Source: Octopus vulgaris (Eukaryota). From it: a stretch of DNA of 64,000 nt. A model generated the notes under the pieces. The model made no database searches. It was not told the DNA's origin and saw only the letters and a list, made by a program, of their open reading frames with translations. Shown piece by piece: positions 36,283 through 50,215 of the stretch (position 1 is the stretch's first letter; each line of letters opens with the position of its first letter). The position numbers and the translations under genes were made by a program. The stretch lies in NCBI GenBank assembly GCA_951406725.2, contig OX597815.1, positions 15,872,001-15,936,000 of the forward strand, given 5' to 3'.

Positions 36283-36598
36283 AAAAAATTGGAGTCAACA
36301 AGGAGGAGTACAGGACATTTATTTTCAATCACTGCAATTGTTTCTACACAACACAGTTCTCCAGACTACTGCTAACTCCAGGCCATGACAGACAGAGAGG
36401 ATGCTCTTGGAGCCAAGAATTTGAACTTACGGAGATAGTATTTACATATTGCCTGAGAAAGCATAGCTAGATCTCATAATGGAGGGAAACCATTGCATAA
36501 TGAAGTATTTGCATGCCTGGAGAACTACATTGTGCAGAAACAATTGTAGTGATTGAAAATAAATGTGCAACCATACACCTTGTTGACTCCAAATTTTT
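36283..36598. repeat. Inverted-repeat element with ~85-bp arms containing a degenerate hammerhead-like motif
   Basis: AAAAAATTGGAGTCAACAAGG..ACATTTATTTTCAATCACT..GTTCTCCAG pairs with 36517-36598. ATTGC-CTGAGAA..GAAAC-AATT-GTA-GTGAT at 36448-36553. Confidence 0.65.
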
Positions 36599-36725
36599 TC
36601 ACTTATCTATTCACACACAAGCACAAATCTGAAAGTATGCATAGTACACTGGATAGGACAGGGTGAAATCTGAAGGTGACTAAGCTTTATGCTGTACACT
36701 ACTATGTTCTTGACAGAATATACCA

Positions 36726-36771
<46 letters not shown>

Positions 36772-37079
36772 ACGGGAAGGTTTACGAAAATAAACAAAAG
36801 ACGAAGGCAGGTTTACGAAAATAAACAAAAGACAAAGGCAGGTGGAGTACAAACAAACAATGTATTAGTATGGCGCTCAGGAATATAAATAAAACAAGTC
36901 TTTTACATTTCGAGCCTACGCTCTTCGACGGAAAGATACACAGAAAAGAAACAAGGAGAGAAAAAAAAATTGCGTGTAGGGGCTAACGATCCAACATGGC
37001 ATACATATATATATATATATACACAAACACACACACACACATGCATGCATGTTTTTACATGTATGTATATATATATATG

Positions 37080-37130
<51 letters not shown>

Positions 37131-37370
37131 TTAATGTCAGCTTTCCATACTAGCATGGGTTGGACATATGAGTGAGGGCTGGTGAACCAGATGGCTGCAC
37201 CAGGCTCCAATCTTGATCTGGCAGAGTTTCTACAGCTGGATGCCCTTCCTAACGCCAACCACTCCGAGAGTGTAGTGGGTGATTTTTACGTGCCACCAGC
37301 ACGGGGGCCAGTCATTCGGTACTGGCAACGACTTCGGTCAAATCTTTTTGTCAACGACCTGGCTCGAATC
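37080..37370 (-). mobile_element. SINE family B
   Basis: Long (CAT)n tail and core. Confidence 0.85.
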
Positions 37371-39745
37371 TTTTTTTTTTTTTTTTATGTATTACATATG
37401 TGCATGTCTTTGCTTTTGTGCTTGTCCCTACCACACCACCAGACAATCAGTTTTGGTTTGTTTACATCCCGGTAACTTAGCAGTTTGGCAAAAGAGACCA
37501 ATAGAATAAGTACTACACTTTTAAAAAAATACTGGTCTCGATTTGTTTGACTAAACCCTAATGTAGGCTTTTCATTGTAAAGCCTGCAAAGCATGGCTAC
37601 ATTCCAGTGATGTTACAAGTAAAAGAATTAATTTCATAGAAAATTTAATTTCATGCTTCAGGTAATAATTTTATTTTTGTCCATAGGAAAGCAGAGCATT
37701 GTTTATAGTGTATATATGGTTAATAATATTTATAAAAATGTATATATGGTTAATAATATTTATGAAAATATATTTTCTCTTTTGAAATAATGACATTATC
37801 TCTTCACAGAGATATTTAAATTTGATTTTGATGCTGTTGTCGTTGGTAGTGTTGTTGTTGTAGTAAGCATTTTAATATTACATGAAATATGGATGCCTGA
37901 TAGCATTACAGTATTGTGGTCGAGCCAGCGAGGAAGCCTCTATGTAGTCATTTAACCTGTTAGAAATAGCAGCCAAATACCCTCAAATTACAAATAAACA
38001 TGTTGGATAATGTGATATTGTGTTCCCTGCACATAGGAAAATTATAGGAAGGTCACGGAGTGCCTTTCATCATAAGTCTGATTGGTCAGGGTTGACCTCA
38101 CTATACAACATTATCAACAACATTGTGGAATAATGTAGTTGTAAGGTTTGATGTAGTGAAAGTGGTGGTGTGATATAACGTAATGTGATGTGTTGTAGTG
38201 TGATGTGGTATAATGTATATGGGTATGATGTGGTGACGTGAAGTATAGTGCATTATGGTGTGATGTAGTGTGTGTATAGTGAGATTGTGTGGTACACCAT
38301 GATGTTATGTTGTGTAGTGTATTGAAGAATATAGTGTGATGTGGTATAGCATGATCCAATAAAGTGTAATTGCATGGTGTGTGCTAGCATGGGTTGGACG
38401 AATGACTGAGGACTGGTGAACCAGATGGCTGCACCAGGCTTCAATCAAGGCAAAAAAGCATACCAGGTAACAGGCTGAGATAAAGAGCTGTATCAAGATT
38501 GCATGGCAAAAGACCAGTGCATGTAGCAAGACAAAAAGGCCATGATGTGTGGTGTTGCAGTGGAGGATATAATCCTTTGTACCATAGGCACAAGGCCTGA
38601 AATTTTGGGGAGGGAAATAGTTGATTACATTGATCCCAGTACTCAGCTGGTACTTATTTTATTAACTCTAAAAGGATGAAAGCAAAGTTGACTCTAGTGG
38701 AATTTGAACTCAGAATGTGAAGACAGATAAAATACACCTCAGCATTTCACCTGGGGTGTTAATGATTCTGTCAGCTTGTTGCTTCAGTGGAAGATATAAT
38801 GAGATGAAATATTGTAGCAAATGGTGTAAACTAAGAGTCCAGTAGCTCCAATTAGAACCGATACAGAGTTGAGGGTGGCTCTCTAATTCTGACTACATAG
38901 GACAACCTTTTTTTGTCCAATTCTGATTACATAGGACAACCTTTTTTGGAGGTTAGTGCCATGATAAAATGCATTCTGTACACTCTGTGAAGTTATTGGT
39001 GATTGGAATGGCATCCAGCTAGAGAAAATATGCCAAAAGTAGAATTTAGAAACAAGATGTAGGCTCTACAAGCTACGTTACAAACTACTCAGCAGTTTAG
39101 GAAGTGTCTCACTACAGCAGTTGCTTTGAATAGAATCTGATATAGAGTACAAGGTATTCTATTAATGCCTATTGAATGGGTCAACCAGCACTCTAGTGAT
39201 GGAGACACAATAAAATACAAGCAGTATTCCCTTCACTATGCTTAAGTGTTCCACTCTGTATGTTTTGCACATGCATATGTCGGTGTGCAGAGAAAGAGAA
39301 AGAGAGAGAGAGAGAGAGAGTGTTGATTGATTTTACTCTGCTAGTTTGTGTGCAAGATAATGTGGACTGTAAAAATAGTCCACTTATTTCAGTGTGGAAG
39401 AACAGAAGAACAAGTAAAATGAAGCTGCTGTTACTGAAAATGATATTGCCAAGATAGACTTATTTACATCCACAAACACACATATGCATACCCACCTACC
39501 TATATACTTATATAAATATGTATATGCATGTGCATACTAGATAAGAGGCCTCTCCAAGTGAAAGGTAGATTGTAGATTGCATGTGTGTAGAATGCAAATT
39601 GTGATGTCGCAATGTAGTGAGGCATGACCATTGAACAAAGAGGATGTAAGAAGGGTGTGACAGGATGCTATGTTAGAAAGATCTCATCCAACCCATGCAA
39701 GCATGGAAAAATGGATGTAAAAATAATGCTGCCACCGCTGTTGCT

Positions 39746-39778
<33 letters not shown>

Positions 39779-39904
39779 ATTTACATATGTTTAACACACA
39801 AGCATAGATGTACATACATAGAATATATATACATAAAAGTTGGCAATGACACATATGTACACACTGATACAAACTCTCTCCCTTCTCTTCTTTCCTCTTT
39901 CTAC

Positions 39905-40310
39905 TTCTCTCTCTCTCTCCCTCTCTCTCTCCCTCTCTCTCCCTCTCTGTCTCCCTCTCTCTCCCTCTCTCTGTCTCCCTCTCTCTCTCCCTCTGTCTCC
40001 CTCTCTCTCTCCCTCTCTCTCCCTCTCTCTCTCCCTCTCTCTCTCCCTCTGTCTCCCTCTGTCTCTCCCTCTCTCTCTCCCTCTGTCTCCCTCTCTGTCT
40101 CCCTCTCTCTCTCCCTCCCTCTCCCTCTCTCTCTCCCTCTGTCTCCCTCTCTCTCTCCCTCTGTCTCCCTCTCTCTCCCTCTGTCTCTCTCTGTCTCTCT
40201 CTCCCTCTCTCTCTCCCTCTGTCTCTCTCTGTCTCTCTCTCCCTCTGTCTCCCTCTCTCTCCCTCTGTCTCTTTCTGTCTCTCTCTCCCTCTCTCTCTCC
40301 CTTTCTCTCA
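39905..40310. repeat. (CT)n-derived compound repeat
   Basis: Direct inspection. Source of 200+ aa spurious ORFs. Confidence 0.95.
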
Positions 40311-40715
40311 CACTCATGTATGCACATCCAAAACATATGCATAGTGAAGGAAACAATTTTTCTATCCTTCATGAGATTTTCAATATTCATGTTTGACCTA
40401 ATAAACAATATTGTTCGAATGTTACAGAAAAACAAGAAGAAAGATAGAGATGTTATTGAGGTTGGCTAAAGGTAATGCTGCCAAAAATTGATTCAGTTTA
40501 AGCAATGAAATTTAAGAATAAATCATTTCAGTAATTATGTAATTAGGTGCTTCTCTGGTGGAAAATACTTTCTTCTCTTTGTAATTTTTCAGCATTAAAA
40601 GGGAAATTGAAAGAAATCATAGCTGTTGTTTGTAATATGAAAAAATGTTCAAAACTCAGGAATTCTGAGTTTATTTATTTTTTCTTTTCATTGCTTAGTC
40701 ATAGCTGAAGAGGTG

Positions 40716-40830
40716 ACACCGATGACCTTAGGTTGACCCTTAAAAAGCAGACCACACCGATGACCTTAGGTTGACCCTTAAAAAGCAGACCACACCGATG
40801 ACCTTAGGTTGACCCTTAAAAAGCAGACCT
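40716..40830 (+). repeat. Three perfect tandem copies of a ~38-bp unit
   Basis: ACACCGATGACCTTAGGTTGACCCTTAAAAAGCAGACC x3. Confidence 0.95.
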
Positions 40831-40974
40831 TTGATTAAAGTCATTTCAAGCAAAACCATTCAGACTAAATAGTCCAACATGTCCTTTAACAACAAACTTT
40901 AATTAAATATCTTCTATTCTAGTATGCACATGAATATACATATTTATATAAGTATGTATGTAGGTAAGGATACA

Positions 40975-42085
40975 TATAAATGTCCAACATGGAAGATTCG
41001 AATTTAATGCAGATGATGAGAAGGCATGCTGTTCTCATCATCTTATCCACCAACCACGGTGATTCTGCGATTGCATTTAAAATCAGAAGAGAGCTCCTGA
41101 CCTCTTGTGAGAATGTGCCTTCTCCAAGAAAGGAGAAAAATCTATTCTCAATAATAGTCACACATCATCATCATCATCATCATCGTTTAACATCCGCTTT
41201 CCATGCTAGCATGGGTTGGACGGTTCAACTGGGGTCTGGCAAGCCCGAAGGCTGCACCAGGCCAGTCAGATCTGGCAGTGTTTCTACAGCTGGATGCCCT
41301 TCCTAACGCCAACCACTCCGAGAGTGTAGTGGGTGATTTTATGTGCCACCGACACAGGTGCCAGACGAGGCTGGCAGACGGTCATGCTCGAATGGTGTTT
41401 TTTATGTGCCACTGACACAGGTGCCAGACGAGGCTGGCAGACTCCACGTTCGGATGGTGTTTTTTATGTGCCACCAACACAGGTGCCAGACGAGGCTGGC
41501 GAACGGATACGATCGGATGGTGTTTGTTACCTGCCCACAGCACGGGGCCAGTCGATGCGGTACTGGCTACGGTCCCGTTCGGATGGTTTTCTTATGTGCC
41601 ACCGGCACTGGTACCACAAGGATACAAATTCCATTGATGTTCATCTATTTGATTTGATACGATTTGACTTGACTTGACATAGTCAGAAAAGTTGAGTAGT
41701 TTGTTCATCAAGACCAGGAAATCTTCACCGAGATGCCAATCATCTCCATGTGTTGGAGTCAACAGTTAGATGCGTGGTGTGCGAAGACATCAGGCACAGA
41801 TCCTATGCTATAAGAAGAGGGCAGTCTGATAAGACCCAGGAGAATCGTGTGATCTGGTTGAAGTGCTTTCTGAACTAACACAAGTATCCTGAGGAAATGT
41901 GAACTTTGTCATGATCAAAAGTGAACTGGAGGAATGACAGATGGCTTTGTGCCAGCAGCCAGCCCAACTGAAATCTCCACAGTTATGTACACCAAGTTCC
42001 TATTGTCTTGGGGGATCATGAACAATAAGGGCCATGTCATGCTTCCTTGCTTTTTCCCACAAAGTCTTAGGATTAAATTTGATGG
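40975..42085 (+). mobile_element. Decayed maT transposon interrupted by a family B SINE
   Basis: N-terminus MRRHAVLI resembles KQHAVLL at 52318. After the SINE come TVRCVVCEDIRHRSY, NWRNDRWLC and GHVMLPCFFPQSLRI. ATAGTCA is duplicated on either side of the SINE. Confidence 0.7.
41163..41678 (-). mobile_element. SINE family B with about five internal repeats
   Basis: (CAT)n tail, core and tandem units. Confidence 0.9.
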
Positions 42086-42609
42086 TCCACATTGAGACTG
42101 GTGGTGGTGGTGGTGGTTTCCCTTTCCTAGATGGGATGCCTTCACAACAATTAAGGAGCCCCATCTTTCCCCACTAATGCATCAAATTTAATTAAAAAAA
42201 TAAGTATATACACATATAGTTGGGTGGCTGTTGACTACTCGTGAATTCCTCCGCCCTTCATGATAGGTTATACTTTTCATCGGTCTCCAACAATCACCCT
42301 CCTCACCAAGCAAGCTTGGTGGGGTTGCCAGTTTAGTCACCACCAAACCAACCATGTAACAGGTATATGTATACACACACATAAATGTAATATGTATGTA
42401 AGTATGTATGTCATTATTCAGTTTTATTTCAAGATTTCTTGCCAATAAAAAAAAAGTCAGATCCAAGGCACCTTCATTGGAATTTCAACATCAACAGCAG
42501 GGTATTTTTGTTTGTATGTATGTATGTATGTATGTATGTATTTATGTATGTATGTTTTATGTATATATTCTCATGTATATAGTTGCATATCTCGACATGA
42601 TTATATATA

Positions 42610-43497
42610 TTTAAATGATAAACTTCTGGAAAGTTTTATAGATTTTTACAGTTCCAGTGATGGATTGAATCTGTAGTCTTCAAATTAGCTTTCTCCTTTC
42701 TGGTTTTGAGAAGCCTAATTTCTCAAGATTGGTATTTAGGCAGCGTGTTACATATCTCAGAACCCCAATAATTACAGGTATAAACCTGAACTTGTAATCT
42801 GGATAGAGTAACTGCAGATTTCTCAATAGTTCAGTATAGGTGTTCTCTTTTTCACTGATGTATGTATGTATGTATGTATGTATGTATGTTTTGTTTTCTG
42901 TATGTCTTCTCAAGGATATACTTGCATGTCTAGACATGCTCATATATACTTAAATGATCAACTTCTGGAAAGTTTTACAGATTTTTACAGTTCCAGTGAT
43001 GGCTTGGATCTGTAGTCCTTGAACCAGCTTTCTCCATTCCTAATTTCTCAAGATTAGTATTTAGGCAGTGTGTTACATATCCCAGTATCCCAATAATTAC
43101 AGGTACAAACCTGAACTTGTAATCTGGATAGTAACAGCAAATTTCTCAATAGTTCAGCAAAGGTATTTTCTTTTCCACTGATCTTCAGCTTTATGATAAC
43201 ATCTGCTGGGCAGCTGATTTCCACAACTGTACTCAGTTTCTCTTCTCTATCCCAAATCATTATGTCAGGTCTATTGTGTTTACATTTTACTGAGGTTTTC
43301 GCTAAGACATTCCATGAGTACTCCTTTTTATTATGAGTGGCTATGGCTTCCACCATACTGTGGGTTCTTATTTCTTTGTCCTTGGGGTTATCCTTCTGAC
43401 AAATTTCATTATATAGTATCCTAGCTACGACATCGTGTCTCATCTGTAGATTACCATGATGACATTTTTGGGCAACTGTTTGTGATGCAGATGATAT
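42610..43497 (-). mobile_element. Two tandem 3' ends of an R4/Dong-type LINE
   Basis: RHDVVARILY..KHNRPDIMIWDREEK..VEISCPAD..KENTFAELLRNL (RHD motif and PD..E RLE) at 42955-43497. A second copy KENTYTELLRNLQLLYPDYKF lies at 42610-42860. Confidence 0.85.
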
Positions 43498-44130
43498 ATG
43501 TATGTATGTGTGTATGTGTGTATGTATGCATGCATGTATGCATGTATGCATGTGTATGTATGTATGTATGAACGTATGTATGTGTGTATGTATGTGTGTG
43601 TGTGCTTGTCTGTATATATATATATATATGATGCAGATGATGTATGTATGTATGTGCGTATGTATGCATGCATGTATGCATGTATGTATGTATGTATGTA
43701 TGTATGAACATATGTATGTATGTGTGTATGTATGTGTGTGTGCTTGTATGTATATATATATATATATATGATGCAGATGATGTATGTATGTATGTGCGTA
43801 TGTATGCATGCATGTATGTATGAATGTATGTATGTATGTGTGTATGTGTGTGTGCTTGTATATATATATATATTTATATATATATATGATGCAGATGATG
43901 TATGTATGTATGTGTGTATGTATGCATGCATGTATGCATGTATGTATGTATGTATGTGTATATGTATGCATGCATGTATGCATGTATGTATGTATGTATG
44001 TATGAATGTATGTATGTATGTATGTGTGTATGTATGTGTGTGTGTGTGTGCTTGTATGTATATATATATATATATTTATATGTGCATGTATGCATGTATA
44101 TATATATATATATATGTGTGTGTGTCTGTA
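43484..44130. repeat. Higher-order repeat built from microsatellite blocks (~120-145 bp, about 4 copies)
   Basis: Units begin GATGCAGATGAT at about 43484, 43630, 43770 and 43888. Confidence 0.85.
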
Positions 44131-44504
44131 TGAATACAAACACACATTATCCTGCTTTTCGTGCATATGATACTTTGCTTTTTCTAATCCTCTACTTGAC
44201 TTGTAAATAAGTAAGCAGTCACATGAAACCATATCTGTTTGATACTCAACATTTTTCAAATTTCCAAAAGCTTTGGATTCTTTTGTATTTTTTTTTTTTT
44301 GTTTTTGTTTCATAGAAAAGAAAGAAAACATTGTTATGCATTACATTCTTAATGCAAAAAATCATGTAGAGAAGAGCAAGGAAAAATACATATAATTTCA
44401 GTTATTCACTTAACTTCTTTGCTAACTGAGGAAAATTTAGGCTTATGCTCAATTCCAATATGAATTGTATTATACTTGTATGAAAGCATGCACATGTGTA
44501 TGTA

Positions 44505-44549
<45 letters not shown>

Positions 44550-44589
44550 CTACATACATACATACATACATACAGCCTGCTCTGGTTCC

Positions 44590-44748
44590 TCTGCCGGTGG
44601 CACGTAAAAAAACACCCACTACACTCACGGAGTAGAAACACTGCCAAATCAAACTAGGGCCTGGTGCAGCCTCCATGGTTTACCAGACCCCAGTCGAACT
44701 GTCCAACCCATGCTAGCATGGAAAACGGACGTTAAGTGATGATGACGA
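44590..44748 (+). mobile_element. SINE family B, partial
   Basis: Core with an internal deletion and a GAT tail. Confidence 0.8.
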
Positions 44749-44781
44749 TACTTACATACAACTGTATGTACATACACACAT

Positions 44782-45196
44782 ACTCTTTTACTCTTTTACT
44801 CTTTTACTTGTTTCAGTCATTTGACTGCAGCCATGCTGGAGCACCACCTTTAATCGAGCAACTCAACCCCGGGACTTATTCTTTGTAAGCCCAGTACTTA
44901 TTCTATCGGTCTCTTTTGCTGAACCGCTAAGTAATATAAACACACCAGCATCAGTTGTCAAGCAATGCTTGGGGGACAAACACAGACACACAATCACACA
45001 CCCGCATATATATATATATATATAAACATATATACGACAGGCTTCTTTCAGTTTCCGTCTACCAAATCCACTCACAAGGCTTTGGTCAGCCCGAGGCTAT
45101 AGCAGAAGACACTTGCCCAAGGTGCCACGCAGTGGGACTGTACCCAGAACCATGTGGTTGATAAACAAGCTACTTACCACACAGCCGCTCCTGAGC
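44782..45196 (-). mobile_element. SINE family C, full length
   Basis: Matches 14992-15392, with an (AGTAAAAG)n tail. Confidence 0.9.
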
Positions 45197-45964
45197 ATAC
45201 ATACACACAAACATACATATATACTTACATCCTGTATGTATCTAATAAATTAGGATTTGTGTTCAGTAATTTATTAAAGGTAGGTGTTGGGTCTAAAAAT
45301 AAATAGAAATATGATGTGAATATTGAGTAGTTATTGTTGCAAATAAAGTTAATGTTTATGAGAATATTAAAGTACAAGATGGGACTATCAATAGGTGGAG
45401 CATGTTTCATATGAATACAATGGTTATAGATATGATATCTGGGTCAGATAGGTGTCATATAAAAAATAGACAAGTAGAAACAGTGAATTTCTTTATTTCA
45501 CTTTGTTTTCTGTTTTGATGTTCTATCAATATTCAAAACCTACCAATGAAATTAAAGCTGAATATGTAGCTTTTAACTTTAATCCGCTAATACTATACAC
45601 TTCCCTCAAAAGATAAAATGATCACTTAAGTTGTGTTAGCTCTTTTTTGAACTCTGAAGAAGTCCTACCACAATATAGATTTGAATATGAGAACTTCCCT
45701 GGCATTAAACAATATACTAGGAGATTCCCATCATCTAGATAGTTCAACTGAAACATATACATAGGTTCTTTTTTCTATTTTTAAACTTAATTTTTTGAGC
45801 TTCCAACTTCCAATCAATCCATTTATTTGTAATGTCCTTTTTAAAAAAAGTCATCTTTTTTATAACATGCAAATAAATCAATAATTACATTCTTTTTATT
45901 CTCCATTTTCTCTTTGTCCTTCACTATATATATACATATATATATATATATACACACATATATA

Positions 45965-46120
45965 TACACTCACTGAGTGGTTGGCATTAGGAAGGGCATC
46001 CAGCTGTAGAAACACTGCCAGATCAGACTGGGCCTGGTGCAGCCTCCTGGCTTCCCAGACCCCAGTCGAACTACCCAACCCATGTTAGCATGGAAAGCAG
46101 ACGTTAAACGATGATGATGA

Positions 46121-46160
<40 letters not shown>

Positions 46161-46390
46161 CATGCTGGCATGGATGGGACAGATTAACAAGAGCCAGCCA
46201 GGCAGAATTTATAGCTAAAAGCTCTTCCTAACACCAACCACTCTGCTGAGTGGTTGGTGTTAAGACAGGCAAGGTCATTTTTGGCAAGATCTTTACAGCT
46301 GGATGCCCTTCCAAATGCCAACCACTTTACAACATAGACTGGGTGCTTTTAAGTGGCACCTGCACTTACAGGGTCACCAAGTATTTGCAA
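45965..46390. mobile_element. Tail-to-tail pair of family B SINE pieces around (TA)n
   Basis: Plus-strand copy at 45965-46123 and a diverged minus-strand copy at 46158-46390. Confidence 0.75.
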
Positions 46391-47289
46391 GACTTTTGAG
46401 AGGGGAGGGGACATTGGAGGAGGGGATCTGTCAGATGATGGAAGGTCATAGCGAGGCAGAGAGACAGAAACAAGTAACTTGTTGTAGAGGAGGTACAAGG
46501 TTACCCAGCCAGAGAGAGAGAGAGAGAGATTAGGAATGAAGACAGAAACAGGTGCGCTGCTGCAAAAGAAATACATGGTTACCCGACCTGAGGGAAATGC
46601 AGGAGAAGGAGAGAGAGTGTGGGATACAGCAGGATAGAATTGGTGGCAAAGTGCTGGGCATACTCACAAGGATGAGGATCAGAATATAAATGGGATGGTT
46701 GAGTAAAGGAAGAGAGAGATAAAGATGGTGGCAAGTGCCAGGGCATACTCTTGAGATTTGAACTCCATAATATAAGTGGCAAGATATTGCAAAGGAAGTG
46801 GAGTGAGGGTGAAAACCTGGGTATATAAAGAATCAGTGGGGTTACTGAATACCAATGATACAGAGGAACAGGACCATAAGGACAGCATTGAGGAGTGAAA
46901 GGTAGGCATAGTGTATGAAGGAGGAAATGTGAGGAAGAGAAATGTAGAGATGTCGATTGGTTTGTTAAGGTAGGGTGTTTGAAAAGTTTTCTTGTTACAT
47001 ATGGGTGGAACAAACAACAAGTCAGGGGTTAGCAGATAGCAATGGTGCAGTGAGACAGGGCATGGGTGGAACACACATGCTGGAAGCTAGTGGAAAACAA
47101 TGATATAATGGCATAGGACCAAGAGGACAGGATTGGAGAGTGAGAGGTAAGCCTAGAGCATGAAGTGGAAATGTGAGGAAGAGAAGAGATGTAGAGATGT
47201 AGTTTGGTTTGTTGTGGTATAGTGTGTGAGAAATTTCCTTAAGTGTGGAAGGGACACATAGCACTTCTAGAACTCAGTTTCACTGACGT

Positions 47290-47685
47290 GGGCAGGTCTT
47301 CTCAAGAACTTCACATTACCTGACATCTCAATCCATTGTCATTTCCTCCATGAGGCCCAGTATCCTGAGATCAGTCCTTACCACTTCATCCCACATCTTC
47401 TTGGATCTCCCTCTTCCACAGGTACCATCTACTTTCAGTGAGTGACACTTCTTTAAGCAGCTGTCCTCATTCATATGCATCACATGTCCAAACAACTGTA
47501 GTCTTCTCTCTTGCATGCTACATTTGATTCCTCTTATGCCCAACTTTTCCCTCAATACATTTGTTGCATGTCCAACAGAGCATACTACCTTCATTTCTCT
47601 CCAGTCTACGCATGTCTTCTACATTCAGAGCCAATGTCTCATAACCATGGAGTATAGCCATTCACACACAAGCATCATTGGTACC
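47290..47685 (-). mobile_element. RTE LINE C-terminal fragment
   Basis: LREKLGIRGI..RRLQLFGHVMHM..GRGRSKKMWDEVVRTDL. Confidence 0.85.
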
Positions 47686-47689
47686 ACCA

Positions 47690-48030
47690 ATGCTGCCTTC
47701 AAAGTATTCTCAACATCAAGCTGGGAAGAAAGAAGGACAAACATTAGTGTGTTGAAAGAAGCCAACATGACCTCTATTCAAGGTATAACCGTCCAGAAAC
47801 AGCTGACATGGACTGATCACGTTGTCCGGATGAATAACAACCTTGTACCAGAGCAATTTCTCTATCCATAACTAAAAGAAGGAAAATGAAGAGGAGGGCA
47901 AAAGAAAAGATTGAAAGATATCCTGAAAGTTAACTTCAAGAAATGTTATATTGACACTGAGAACTGGGAGAGAAATGTTCAGGATTGAAAACGCTGGAGA
48001 TCCATCATCAAAGAGTGACTAACTTTTGAG
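47690..48030 (+). mobile_element. RTE (BovB-like) LINE C-terminal fragment
   Basis: WEERRTNISVLKEA..QLTWTDHVVRM..GGQKKRLKDILK. Confidence 0.8.
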
Positions 48031-48089
48031 ATTAGTAGGACTGCTAAGCAAGAAGAAAACTATAACAAAGACAGACGACTCAGATGCAA

Positions 48090-48842
48090 TAAAGGAGATG
48101 CCTCACAGGAAACTATAGAAGATTCAAACTACTAGATCAGGTTATGAGGGTCATGGGGAGAGTCCTTGCACAACTGATTCATGACAGGATACATTTAGAC
48201 AAGATTAAGGGCGTATTTCGTCTGCCGTTACGTTCTGAGTTCAAATTCCGCCGAGGTCAACTTTGCCTTTCATCCTTTCGGGATCGATAAATTAAGTACC
48301 AGTTATGCACTGGGGTCGATATAATCGACTTAATCCGTCTGTCTGTCCTTGTTTGTCTCCTCTGTGTTTAGCTCCTTGTGGGTAGTAAAGAAATAGATAT
48401 TTCGTCTGCCACTACGTTCTGAGTTCAAATTCCATTGATGTCAACTTTGCTGTTCATCCTTTCAGAGTCGATAAATTAAGTACCAGTTACACACTATATA
48501 GTCGATGTAATCGACTTAATCCATCTGTCTGTCCTTATTTGTCTCCTCTGTGTTTAGCCCCTTGTGGGTAGTAAAGAAATAGATACATTTAGACAAGATG
48601 CTATTTGGTTTCATGCCCAGAAGATGTACCATGGATGCAATAGTTCAAGTGAGGCAATTTCAGGGAAAATACTTGGTTAAGAGTAAACCACTGTTCCTGA
48701 CATTCATTGGCTTGGAGAAGGTATTTGACAGTATACTATTCTCAGCAATTTGGTGGTCACTAAAGAAATTAGGTGTACAAGAATGGCTTGTGAAGGCTAT
48801 ACAAGCTATGTACAAGGACACAGCAAGTAAAGTGAGAGTAAC
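48090..48842 (+). mobile_element. RTE LINE RT fragment interrupted by a SINE dimer
   Basis: KGDA..KLLDQVMRVMGRVL..IHLDK|insertion|FGFMPRRCTMDAI..FIGLEKVFDSI..WLVKAIQAMY. Confidence 0.85.
48206..48581 (+). mobile_element. 5'-truncated SINE family A with tandem duplicated body and 18-bp TSD
   Basis: TSD GATACATTTAGACAAGAT at 48188-48205 and 48582-48599. Confidence 0.9.
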
Positions 48843-49095
48843 TTCACATTGCCCCAGTGCATTCAACTGTAGATATGTAGCCCTGGAATGAAATGGACTG
48901 GCATCTTGTTCAGGGAGAACGTTGGCCTGCCCATCTGGCCAGTGGGGCAGCATCATTTGAAAATGCAAGGAACAGCATTGTAACTAGTAGTGTATAACAA
49001 TATTTGATCATCTGGTTGATACCATGATATTGTGGTGTGTGCGTGTGTGTGTGTGCGTGCATGTGTGCATGTGTGTGTGTGTGCGTGTATGTGTG

Positions 49096-49156
<61 letters not shown>

Positions 49157-49498
49157 ATGTGTGTGTATTTCTGCTTATAAGACATCCCTCATAAATATTT
49201 AACTACAAGTGATATCTATTCATTGTATATTCTAAAGAAATGGTGTCAGAAACTAGAAATGTGCTGTTTTTAAACTGGCAAGAGTTGTATTTCATTTAAC
49301 TGAACTTAAGTTCTGACTTTCATTGACTGGCACCAGAGCTGATAATTGTTTCCAGTTGTAGTCGATTATTGGCAACAGTTAACACAATTATCGAAGCTAT
49401 TTTGGCAACACAGAACCAGTAACTATTTTTAGTTGAAATAATTTGTAACAAAGGGCAGCTAAAAATAAAACAGAAAACCTGGTTAGTTAATGGTCTGA

Positions 49499-50177
49499 TT
49501 TTTTTCTCTTCCCTTATATCAGAGAAATTTCCCAAGTTGCAAACACTTTATCCTATCACAATTATTTTTTTCATTAGTTTTGCATGAAGAAAAGTTGAAA
49601 TGTCATTTTGAGGCATTTTTCTTACAATACTTAATGGTCTAAATTTTGTTGACTAACATTGCCCCTAAGTTTGAAGGTGTTATGCTAGTTAAATGTGTGC
49701 ATTCATGTGGAACAGCAAATATAAGGGATGATGAAGCTACAATCCAAACTTTGTGAGATTTAACAATGCTTACTACGAATGATGTAGAACATTGCAGGGT
49801 TTTAAAAGACAAGCAGAATATTTGCAATGACAAAATAAAAAATATTTATTAAACAGGCTTTTAAAACAGTATTTAAATGTGTTAGTATGCAGGAAAGATT
49901 AAGGCACATTTTTAATATATTGTGAATCTGTAAATTACTAACACACATTTTTACATCTTTTTCATTTAATTTTTTCCAGTTACTTGTTTCGGCCATACTG
50001 GGACACCTTGAAGTGGTTAGTTGAGCAAATCAACCCCCAGTGCTTATTTTCAGGTCTGGTACTTATTCTATTGATCTCTTTTACTGGACTACTAAGTTAT
50101 AGGGATGTAAACAAGCTGAGCCAGTAGTCAAGCAATGGTGGGGACAAGCACAAGCGCATGCACACACATCATCATTC

Positions 50178-50215
<38 letters not shown>

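Noticed and set aside
40716-40830. 38-bp repeats as a possible CRISPR or iteron array
   Set aside because: Contiguous tandem copies with no spacers; a simple minisatellite.
41330-41620. CRISPR-like repeat/spacer pattern
   Set aside because: The spacers are mutually homologous, the array is internal to a high-copy SINE, and no cas genes are present.
43054-44331. Longest ORF in the window (425 aa, His/Ile/Tyr/Thr-rich)
   Set aside because: Stop-free reading of amplified (CATA)n blocks running into an R4/Dong endonuclease remnant; not a host gene.
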